Made by a program: the position numbers and the translations under genes. Below the pieces are notes generated by a model. It had not been told where the DNA came from. It searched no databases and worked only from the letters and a program-made list of their open reading frames with translations. A stretch of DNA of 64,000 nt from a virus. Lineage: Duplodnaviria > Heunggongvirae > Uroviricota > Caudoviricetes. Below, piece by piece: positions 44,016 to 53,200 of this stretch. The stretch covers positions 53,712 through 117,711 of IMG/VR virus record IMGVR_UViG_3300037488_000489; one strand, written 5' to 3'. Positions within the stretch are counted from its first letter, which is position 1; each line of letters opens with the position of its first letter.

Positions 44016-44887
44016 TGAAAGTTAATAATTACTTAGTAACAGGAGCCAATCTTGCTACAATGGGATATATACAGAAGCCTGGGACAACTCCTCCTCTTGA
44101 TGGCAGCATTATGAGTAAAGGAGAAGCTGATGCTAATTATTATATAGATGGTACAGTTAGTCCTTGGTCTACCTATCCTAATACAAGAGCTCCTAAATAT
44201 CAAGACTACCCATGTCCTTGTGTACAAGGTATTGAAGTATATAATCAAATGGAGGATGGATTTAGTCAAACTATATCATATCAAGACTGTTCTGGAAATA
44301 CATATTATTATTATCTTCCTTACGGTGGGGCTATAGGAATTATTGGATGTTCATCTGGAGGAGAAGGTGGACCTGTAACAGGTTGTGGAATTTTAAGAGG
44401 AAGTGTTGAAGGAGTTAACTTAAGCGAAATAACTTATGGAGGATGCTGTTATGCAAACTATCCATGTACTACAACTAGTACAACCACTCTACCTCAATGC
44501 AATTACAATGGACTCACTGTAGTTTGCAACGCTCCTTCAGGATATGCTATTTTAGAATGGACTTTTAGTGAAACAGGTGGACCTGCTGGAGAAATGGTAT
44601 TATATGTAAATGGCAATCCAATTGAAACAAGAACTTCAACTTCAAATGGAACATATAATGTTTATCCAGGTGATACAATTTATGTAGAATTAAATATATA
44701 TGTTCCATGTGGACCGCCTGATACATATGCAAATGTTTATACAAGTGGTAACATTTCTAATGATGCAAATTGTGCTAATAATGCAGGAGTATCTTTAACC
44801 ACATCAACATATACAGTAGTAAGTGGTGATATAGGAAGTTATCTTGTGTTGAATACATTTGCAGGGTGTGATGGTGCATGTATATAA
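44015..44887 (+). CDS. Cys-rich tail-associated protein (290 aa)
   Basis: ORF with many Cys pairs and a poly-Thr segment 'CTTTSTTTLPQC'. Confidence 0.5.
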   Translation: MKVNNYLVTGANLATMGYIQKPGTTPPLDGSIMSKGEADANYYIDGTVSPWSTYPNTRAPKYQDYPCPCVQGIEVYNQMEDGFSQTISYQDCSGNTYYYYLPYGGAIGIIGCSSGGEGGPVTGCGILRGSVEGVNLSEITYGGCCYANYPCTTTSTTTLPQCNYNGLTVVCNAPSGYAILEWTFSETGGPAGEMVLYVNGNPIETRTSTSNGTYNVYPGDTIYVELNIYVPCGPPDTYANVYTSGNISNDANCANNAGVSLTTSTYTVVSGDIGSYLVLNTFAGCDGACI

Positions 44888-44899
44888 ATAAAATAAAAA

Positions 44900-46153
44900 A
44901 TGGCAATAAATATAACATTAACATTAGGAGCTGGGTTAGGTGCTAACTTAGGACCAAACTTTAATCTTACAGCAGATGTTGGTAGTGTAAGTCCATCAAC
45001 TGCCACAAAAGCAGAATTGCTTGCAGGTAAAACTGTTGATGTAGATAACTCTGCTAGCCAAGTTACAGTAACATCTACTGGAGCTTGTACAAATGCAATA
45101 GCACAAGCTATTCCATGTGCTAGCACTACAACTACAACCACCACAATTAATCCAACTAACAATCTTAGTTTTTTTAATGTTGCTGTAAGTAGAGATGATG
45201 TTACCACTTCAAATGATGGTAAATATGTAGCTGCAATATGTACAACAAATAATAAGTTATATCTCTCTAATGACTATGGAATTACCTACAGATCAATCAC
45301 TGTATCTGGAACAAATTTAATTAAACGAGTTGCAATAAGTGGAACAGGTCAATATATATATTGCACTGCACAACAAACAGGACAGCCAGCATTTATTGTA
45401 AGATCTACAGACTATGGTTTTAATTGGAACACTACAGGTAGTGTAACAGGATCATACTATTCAATTACTACAAATAGAACAGGACAGTATGTAATAATTG
45501 GAGCAATGAATCAGGGTGAAGCATTGAACTCTCCATATTTAAGTCAAATATGGAGATCTTCAGATTATGGAATATCTTTCACAAGAATACTATTTGAGGA
45601 TGTTGGTTATCCTCAGTTAGCGTATGATGTTACGGTAGATAGTTCAGGTGATCGTCAATATGCTGCTGCTATTAATCTTTCTATGGCACCAATTGATGCT
45701 CAAATAGGAAGAACAACAAGTGCTTCAGGTATTTTTAATGCTGGTTATGCAAGAACAAATGATGAAACATATTTTGCAGTGAGCACAAACGCAGATGGAT
45801 CAAAAGTGGTTCTTGCTAATCAAGGTGGGTTTTATGGATATAGTCCTGGAAATGTTCAATTGAAAAGAAGTATAGACTATGGACAAACATACGCAACTTT
45901 TGGTGGTGTTTCTACTCAATGGTACGATGTAACTATTGATGGAAGCGGTACAAATATAATAGCTGTTCCAGGTACTTCAGGAGCAAGCACTTTATATAGA
46001 TCAGTTTCATTTGGCACTCTTTCTTCAGTGGCAAGTTCTAAACTTTGGAATGGTGTTTCAATTTCTTATAATTCATATGTAGCAATTGCTTCAGAAACAA
46101 CTGGACTTTGGAGATCTACAAATGGTGGATCTGATTGGATAAAATTACCTTAA
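44900..46153 (+). CDS. BNR/Asp-box repeat beta-propeller protein (sialidase-like fold) with type-A N-terminal anchor module
   Basis: Five Asp-box-like motifs (SNDYGITY, STDYGFNW, SSDYGISF, SIDYGQTY, STNGGSDW). N-terminal about 65 aa about 80% identical in DNA to 55562..55960. Confidence 0.65.
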   Translation: MAINITLTLGAGLGANLGPNFNLTADVGSVSPSTATKAELLAGKTVDVDNSASQVTVTSTGACTNAIAQAIPCASTTTTTTTINPTNNLSFFNVAVSRDDVTTSNDGKYVAAICTTNNKLYLSNDYGITYRSITVSGTNLIKRVAISGTGQYIYCTAQQTGQPAFIVRSTDYGFNWNTTGSVTGSYYSITTNRTGQYVIIGAMNQGEALNSPYLSQIWRSSDYGISFTRILFEDVGYPQLAYDVTVDSSGDRQYAAAINLSMAPIDAQIGRTTSASGIFNAGYARTNDETYFAVSTNADGSKVVLANQGGFYGYSPGNVQLKRSIDYGQTYATFGGVSTQWYDVTIDGSGTNIIAVPGTSGASTLYRSVSFGTLSSVASSKLWNGVSISYNSYVAIASETTGLWRSTNGGSDWIKLP

Positions 46154-46167
46154 TTAAATAAACCAAC

Positions 46168-46650
46168 ATGACAGTATTAATAACTTTAACAACAGCTGGA
46201 TCTGATACAGGACCTTTCAATATTTACTCAAATGCAAATGGGTTTTCAACAATAATCATCTCTGGTGTATCTAGAGCATCTCTGGTAGCTGGCTATAATG
46301 CAACTGTTCCTGATGGAACAACAGAGGTTTTAGTTAGGTCTACAGGAGCTTGTCAAAGAGATCTTTATTTAGATGTGTCAGGAGCTCCTGCTACAACAAC
46401 TAGTACAACTAGTACAACAAGTTCAAGTACGACTTTAATACCTCCTGTTGAATGTTATGGTTATGAGGTTTGTGCAGATGATGGCACAGGAGATAGAGAT
46501 GCTTTTCCTTTCACTTACATAAGTTGTAATGGAACATCTATAGAATCAAGTGTGGTGAACACACAATGTAGAGAAATTTGTGCTGCAAGAGATTCTGTAG
46601 ATTCAATTTCTGGAGCTATTTTTATAACAGAAATTGGACCTTGTTTATAA
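46168..46650 (+). CDS. tail appendage protein with type-B N-terminal anchor module (160 aa)
   Basis: N-terminus 'TAGSDTGPFNIYSN...LVAGYNATVPDGTTEVLVRSTGAC' shared with 54911.. and 55969..; then a poly-Thr/Ser linker. Confidence 0.5.
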   Translation: MTVLITLTTAGSDTGPFNIYSNANGFSTIIISGVSRASLVAGYNATVPDGTTEVLVRSTGACQRDLYLDVSGAPATTTSTTSTTSSSTTLIPPVECYGYEVCADDGTGDRDAFPFTYISCNGTSIESSVVNTQCREICAARDSVDSISGAIFITEIGPCL

Positions 46651-46664
46651 TAAATTATTAAAAA

Positions 46665-46723
46665 CCCTGTTTGTTGGTTTACAGGGCATCCCCTGGCCTT
46701 TCTAGGCTGGGGGTTTTTTTTTT
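46665..46723 (+). terminator. tandem-hairpin rho-independent terminator
   Basis: Hairpin 1 CCCTGT-(loop)-ACAGGG. Hairpin 2 CCCCTGGCCT-TTC-AGGCTGGGGG, followed by T10. Confidence 0.7.
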
Positions 46724-46773
46724 AAACTCTAATCAAATTGATTAAACTATATAATTAAATTAGTTAACTAAAT

Positions 46774-46805
46774 TTGGAAAATATCAAAAAAGTTTCATAC
46801 CTTTA
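46774..46805 (+). promoter_or_regulatory. Bacteroidetes-type promoter (TTG ... TACCTTTA) upstream of 46835 gene
   Basis: TTG at 46774-76, about 21-nt spacer, TACCTTTA at 46798-805. Surrounding 'CATACCTTTnCTTTAA' is near-identical to the 27012 promoter. Confidence 0.45.
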
Positions 46806-46834
46806 CTTTAATTTTAACCAAACTTAAAACTTAT

Positions 46835-48076
46835 ATGTCTGGAAACCAACCCCTTTTGGAGCAGCTACAGCAGATGTTACACTGGAAAAAATCAAAGAAA
46901 TATTACGCTGACAAGCTAGGAGTGACAGAATTAGAGATTGATGAGTTATTAACAGATATTAGAAAGAGAGAAGAGGAAGCCATCACTGGCAATTATATAT
47001 CTGATCTAGAAGACACTGTAGTTAAGTTTACAGAAGATCTAGTAAAAGGAACTGGAGAGATTGTAGCCAATGTCTCAGAAGAGATTAAAAGCCTTGATGA
47101 GCTTATTGAGAAGTGTAAGATAGACACAGATAAGTGGGAGATAACTAAATACGTACAAAACTATTGGGGAAACGGAGATAGTCCACACTGGCAAGTAAAA
47201 GCCTGGTTAGGAAAGAAGTCTGCAGAGCAAGTGTTTCAAGATAGCTTTGTGGACTTTTTAGCTTCATATAAGCCTGTGAGTCAAGAGGTTATGATTCCTA
47301 AGTTCTCTGAGCACAAGTTTCCTGCTATGCTGGTTATTAACAAACAGGATTCTCATTTAAACAAATATGATATTGATGGTAATAATAACATCACTGATAG
47401 ACTAGCTTCTATTATGTACAAGGTGGAACTTATTGCTAATCAAGCACAGCTTTCAAATAACCTAGAACAAATTACATATATCATTGGTTCTGATGAATTC
47501 AATAGTGAATTTACAGGAACTACAACTAAAGGTACTCCTCAAACAAACACCCATACATATCAAGATTCATTTAGTTTTATATGTGACCATGAGGTGTTAA
47601 TGATTACAATGTTATTACAATATGCTGAAAGTGTAAATGTAATCTATGTAGCAGGTAATCATGATGAGTTTGTAGGATGGCATTTAGTTACTTGGTTACA
47701 ATCTTATTTCAGAAATACAACTAGACTTACATTTGATGTTAGTCCTAAGTATAGAAAGTATATAAGTTATGGTGGTTCAGCATTAATGTTTAACCATGGA
47801 GATGCAATTAAGCCTGCTAAGTTAGCAGCATTATTCCCAATAGAATATAGAGAAGGATGGTCTTTCCATAACAACTTCTACATATTCACAGGAGACAAAC
47901 ACCATGAAGTAAGTCACGACTTTAATGGTATTAAATTTTACCAAATACCAGCATTTTCTAATGCTAAAAGCCTTTGGGATGATAAGAACGGTCACACAAT
48001 GTCTAAAGCAGAAGTGACTGGATTCTTAATAGAACAAGGGTCAGGAATGACAAATATATTTAAACAGTATTTATAA
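46835..48076 (+). CDS. calcineurin-like metallophosphatase domain protein
   Basis: C-terminal half carries 'VIYVAGNHDEF' (GNHD/E motif) and 'LMFNHGD'. Own promoter and upstream terminator. Confidence 0.5.
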   Translation: MSGNQPLLEQLQQMLHWKKSKKYYADKLGVTELEIDELLTDIRKREEEAITGNYISDLEDTVVKFTEDLVKGTGEIVANVSEEIKSLDELIEKCKIDTDKWEITKYVQNYWGNGDSPHWQVKAWLGKKSAEQVFQDSFVDFLASYKPVSQEVMIPKFSEHKFPAMLVINKQDSHLNKYDIDGNNNITDRLASIMYKVELIANQAQLSNNLEQITYIIGSDEFNSEFTGTTTKGTPQTNTHTYQDSFSFICDHEVLMITMLLQYAESVNVIYVAGNHDEFVGWHLVTWLQSYFRNTTRLTFDVSPKYRKYISYGGSALMFNHGDAIKPAKLAALFPIEYREGWSFHNNFYIFTGDKHHEVSHDFNGIKFYQIPAFSNAKSLWDDKNGHTMSKAEVTGFLIEQGSGMTNIFKQYL

Positions 48077-48810
48077 TGGCAACATTACGTAAGTTAGTTT
48101 CAGATGTGCGTGGAATGCATAAGCTTATATCCACAGATAACGTTATCACAGATAGAGTTATTGCATCAGAGATTAGAAACAACACACAGTTATTAGTTAA
48201 ACGTGAGACAAACCTCAGAAAGCTTTGGGCTACTGATACTGTCTTTAATACCATCCAATGTTTGGAAATGGTAGAAGTTCCTATTTCTGACTGTTGTAAT
48301 TACGTAGACCCATGCACTGTTTCTAGAAGTAAGTACAAGCTTCCTAGGATTACAGAAGGAAATTATCAATATTTGATACAAGGTGTTTATTCTATAAATG
48401 CTATGGGAGGAATGGGTACAAAGTTTAAAGAGATTACTATCAATAGATATTTAAATTTATTAGGACTTCCTATTATTAAAAAACAAACATACTATTGGAT
48501 AGCAAACGAAGGTTACTTATATTTGAGTAATCCAAATTTAAAATCAGTTAGGATATCAGCATTCTTTGAAGAAGATATTCCTAATGATATTGCATATCCA
48601 GAGTGCGGATGTGGAACTGGTCCTGAGGTTACTGATGAAGAATACTGCAAAAATCCTTTGGATAAAGAATATGGTTGTCCAGGATATCTTGAGAAACAAG
48701 TATTAGAGCTTACGTCTCAAAAATTATTATCTACATATTTTAGTATTAAAACAGATATGGCAGATAACGGTGTTGATGGGCAAGCTCCTAATGCACAACC
48801 AACCCAGTAA
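48076..48810 (+). CDS. hypothetical structural protein (244 aa)
   Basis: ORF, start overlaps upstream stop. Confidence 0.5.
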   Translation: MATLRKLVSDVRGMHKLISTDNVITDRVIASEIRNNTQLLVKRETNLRKLWATDTVFNTIQCLEMVEVPISDCCNYVDPCTVSRSKYKLPRITEGNYQYLIQGVYSINAMGGMGTKFKEITINRYLNLLGLPIIKKQTYYWIANEGYLYLSNPNLKSVRISAFFEEDIPNDIAYPECGCGTGPEVTDEEYCKNPLDKEYGCPGYLEKQVLELTSQKLLSTYFSIKTDMADNGVDGQAPNAQPTQ

Positions 48811-49286
48811 TGAGGACAAAAATTGATTGGAGAAGCTCCAGTAAAGAAAACTACAATAACTTTTGCAAAAAGCATCCCACAATTAAAATTACATTTGATG
48901 AGTGGAGAAACATTTTATATTCTTACAATGAGAATTTTAAAAGTTATATATTAGAAACTGGAGAAAAAGCAAAGCTACCTTTTGGATTTGGTGAGTTTTC
49001 AATCAATAAAAAGAAAAGAAAGAAGGTTAAAGATATCAACGGTAAGGAGTACATTAACTTACCAGTAGACTGGCAAAAGTCTAAAGAGAAAGGAAAAATT
49101 ATATACAACTTTAATTATCACACAGAGGGTTATTTTTTTGGCTGGGTATGGTTTAAAGAAACTGCCAGACTAAGAAACATAGACTTGTGGTATTTTAAAC
49201 CTTCAAGAGTCACATCAAGATTGCTCTCACATTATATAAAAACAAACGATACGTATCAACACATCTATCGTGAGTGGAAAAAATAA
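48810..49286 (+). CDS. hypothetical protein (158 aa)
   Basis: ORF; basic, Trp-rich. Confidence 0.45.
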   Translation: MRTKIDWRSSSKENYNNFCKKHPTIKITFDEWRNILYSYNENFKSYILETGEKAKLPFGFGEFSINKKKRKKVKDINGKEYINLPVDWQKSKEKGKIIYNFNYHTEGYFFGWVWFKETARLRNIDLWYFKPSRVTSRLLSHYIKTNDTYQHIYREWKK

Positions 49287-49289
49287 ATT

Positions 49290-50258
49290 ATGTCATACTA
49301 TTATAAGTACAGATTTGTATCTCCTGAACCAGTTTATGCAACTGTTAAAGAAGAATTAAAAAGCTATTTTGACACAGGAGCTGTGGATGATTTGCTTTTC
49401 CCTACTTATTTAAACAAGTGTTTAAACAAGTTAGGTAGGACAACTTATGCTATTGCTGAGCAAGTTCTTTATATTGAAGACTTCCAGGCTAGACTTCCTG
49501 ATAACTTTTTTGCCGCTAGAGAAGCTTGGATGTGTACAGAGATACCAGGTTATCCTTATCAATCAGCTAATTCATTTTATTCTCAAGCTGCCTCTCAAAC
49601 AACTATTCAAATAGCACCTATCATTAGTGGAACAGTACCTTGTACCAATCCTCAATGTACAACAGGTTGCCCTACATGTATGCCTGAGCTTATACAAGCT
49701 GTGTACAAAACAAACAATGCAATAGCTAGATCTTATAGACAAGAATATTTATTAAAACCAGGTAACATTTCTGCAAGAAACAACTGTGAAGTTGAATACA
49801 GTAATGCTTGGGAGTTTTATGCTCCACCTCCAACAGTACATGAGTTTACTCCTGGTTCTGCTGGTTATGATTCATTTGACATTAGAGATAACAAATTTGT
49901 TACTAACTTCAGAAATGGTGTAGTACATTTATTATTTTATGCTACAGAGTATGATAATATAGGCAATCAATTAATTCCTGATAACTATCGTATTAGAGAA
50001 TTTATAGAAGCATTCATTAAATATAAAGTGTTTGAAACTCTTTCAAATCAAATTAATGATGAGACCTTCCAACAAATACAACAAAAGCTTGCTTATTACA
50101 AACAGTTACATGATGAAGCATTTATCATGGCTGATATTGAAATCAAGAAACAAACTCCTTGGGAGAAGCAAAGAAGAATTAAAAATGACTTGAACAGATT
50201 CCAAATGTATGAGTTACCTAATAGAACTAACAGATACGGCAGGAGAAGAAATAATTAA
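49290..50258 (+). CDS. hypothetical structural protein (322 aa)
   Basis: ORF; Cys cluster 'CTNPQCTTGCPTC'. Confidence 0.5.
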   Translation: MSYYYKYRFVSPEPVYATVKEELKSYFDTGAVDDLLFPTYLNKCLNKLGRTTYAIAEQVLYIEDFQARLPDNFFAAREAWMCTEIPGYPYQSANSFYSQAASQTTIQIAPIISGTVPCTNPQCTTGCPTCMPELIQAVYKTNNAIARSYRQEYLLKPGNISARNNCEVEYSNAWEFYAPPPTVHEFTPGSAGYDSFDIRDNKFVTNFRNGVVHLLFYATEYDNIGNQLIPDNYRIREFIEAFIKYKVFETLSNQINDETFQQIQQKLAYYKQLHDEAFIMADIEIKKQTPWEKQRRIKNDLNRFQMYELPNRTNRYGRRRNN

Positions 50259-50263
50259 TAATT

Positions 50264-53200
50264 ATGGCAGAGCAAGAACAAGGAAATATTAGACAGGAAT
50301 TTAGTCTAGGTAGAACTGGACTAAACATGGACTCATCTGTAAATCAGGTTGAGAAGGGTAAGCTTACGTATGCCTTAAATGCATCTGTTGAGAATTTTAG
50401 TGCTACTGCTGTAAACTATCAAAATGAACCAGGTAATGAGTTATGTCTAAACTTTCCTGAGAATTTTCATCTTATTGGAACACATTTTATTCAAGAGAAG
50501 AATCAACATATATTCTTTTTAACTAATCCTGAAACTGGGGCTTCTCAGATTGGATACATGGATAACAACGATTGTATCTATCACATGTACGTAGAAGGAC
50601 TTTGTTTAAACTTTAATATTAACTATCCAATACAAAAAGCTGTACACAAGATTTCAAATTGCAGTACAGAGATTTATTGGACAGATGGATTAAACCCTAG
50701 AAGATATTTAGATCTTGATAACATTCCATATATTACAACTTTTCCAGATGGTGTTATTTGTGATCCTATTGTAACACCAATACTTGATTGTAATAAATTA
50801 AAGATACAACCTAATTTTAGTATTCCAGATTTAGAAGTTGTTGATGTTATTAATGGTGGAGATTTAAAAGCTGGTACATATCAATTTGCTATTCAATATT
50901 GTAGTGCCCAAGGAGATGCATACACTTCTTACTATTCAGTAACTAATCCAACTCCTATTGCTAATCCAAAATTAACCACAGCTAACTTTGATTACGCTGT
51001 AGGTAGATCTATTGTAATTGATATAAGCAATATTGATTTAACAGGATACTTTGAATATTACAATCTAGCTGTAATTAAAACAATAAATGATATCACCTCT
51101 GTTCAATTAGTAGGTACATATTTTATTGATGGTGCTACAAATCAAATTACTTATACAGGACAAGATGTAACAGCTATTAGTTTAGCAATTGCTGATATAT
51201 TTGAAAAGTTTCCGTACTATGAGATTGCACAAGATTTAACAGCTGTACAAGATATTCTTGTATGGGATCAACTTACATCTATTGATAAAATTAATTATCA
51301 AAGTATTGCTAGTAAAATTGATCTTCAATGGCAAACTTACAAAATTCCAGCTGGAGAAACTTACGCTGATGAACTGAATGCTACTAATTTACGTGGATAT
51401 CTACGTGATGAAATATATGCATTTGAAATTGTTTTCTTATTAAGAAATGGTAAGCAAACAGATGGTTTTCATATTCCTGGTAGGGCTGCTACAGCTGATG
51501 ATTTAGTAATTGTTAATAAATCTACAAATGCTGATTTTATTGGTACAGGAACAACTGCTCCTTATTGGAAGATTTATAATACAGCTTCTGTAGTAGGAAC
51601 TGCTATTGGTCCTAATATTGGAAGTGCTACACCTTATGAGTTTGGTAATTTTGCATATTGGGAATCTAATGAGGAATATCCATGTAACACTTTTTTATAT
51701 GGAGATTTAGCTGGACAAAAGATTCGTCATCATAAATTTCCTGATATTCTAGTTAGTCCAATGTTTGAGTCACAAGCTCCAAACTATAATTTTCCAGAAC
51801 TTCAAAAAGCAAATGCTTTATATCCTATTGGTGTTAAAATAAATACACAACAGGTAACATCGTTAATTGATAACTCTAATCTAACAGCTGATCAAAAAGC
51901 TGATATAGTTGCATATAAAATTGTAAGAGGTGATAGGGCTACAAACAAATCTATTGTAGCAAAAGGTATGTTAAGAAATGTTGGTACTTACGAAAGAGAA
52001 GGTACACAATATTACTATCCTAACTATCCTTATAATGACATTAAGACTGATCCATTTTTATTAAAAGATAATAATGCTTATAACGCTCAATGTCAAACAT
52101 TTAAAGTTGTAGTTGCTACAGTTGGTACAATGCAAATAACTGATTGTTATACAGGAGAAGTTACTGCTGTTGCTATGCCTTTAGGAATGACTAGCATATG
52201 TTCTATTACAGTTCCTTTAGTAATTACAGGATCTGCTACATTTACTAATGTTACAGCTGTATCTTATACATTAACTTCTTATCTATCAATTCCTTCAACA
52301 TCTACTACATTTATATATACTGATCCAGTTACACTAGTGAGTGTTAATGTAACTGTTCCAATAAATACTTCAATTACTGTTAGTTCTACAACTGTTCCTA
52401 GTCGTGTAAGTGGATCTCCTAGATATACAATATTAGAGACTACTAATAATAAAAATACAAATTGTTATCCAGTTAATTTAAGTGGATTTGATAATAGTTC
52501 TAAATATAGAATGGTGTTTAATTCACCAGAGACTTCTTTTGGGCAACCTTATTTAGGCAATGTGCTTAAGTTAGAAAGTGCTATGTTTGGAGGGGGTAGA
52601 GCACACTTTGTACAAGTTAAAAATCATGCATTATATAAGTTAATTACTAAACAAGCACAAGTAGATGCTTTAACCTCAAGTTATAATATTGCTAATATAA
52701 CAGCTCCATTTAATGCTACTGCAATGTTCACTGCTTACCAAGCGTATTTAACAATTTATATTAATGGTATTAGCAGAAGAAACTTTACATATTCATTTAA
52801 TTCCACTGCTCAATATGATTATAATGCAGATGTTCAAAACGCTGCTCCTGATGCATTTGGTAACATAGGTGTTAAACAAAGGGAACTTGATTTATATCAA
52901 TATCTTATTCCTGGTTTTCAATCTGTTGGTGATGTTTATAATGTAAATAACTTTCAAAGAGAATCTTCTGTTTATTTAAAAACATTAGATGCTATAACTC
53001 CATTGCCATTTGCTGAACAAACTCCATCTTTAGTGGTTGCTGGAAACAGTTTAATTACTGATGATTCAAGATTTACAATTTCTTCAAGAGATAATTGTGC
53101 TTCTCCAGAGATGCAAGAACCTATTAAAGTGGTATCTTATTATGGGTCTATCAAGAACATAAATATTAATCAGTGGGGACAACTATATTCATATCAAACA

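Noticed and set aside
44839-45207. Antisense ORFs 44839..45207 (-) and 55552..55896 (-) that share a conserved peptide (VDGLTLPTSAVRLK.GPK)
   Set aside because: Their conservation comes from the duplicated type-A N-terminal module DNA on the plus strand, so they mirror a real duplicated coding region. Both lie fully inside stronger plus-strand genes.
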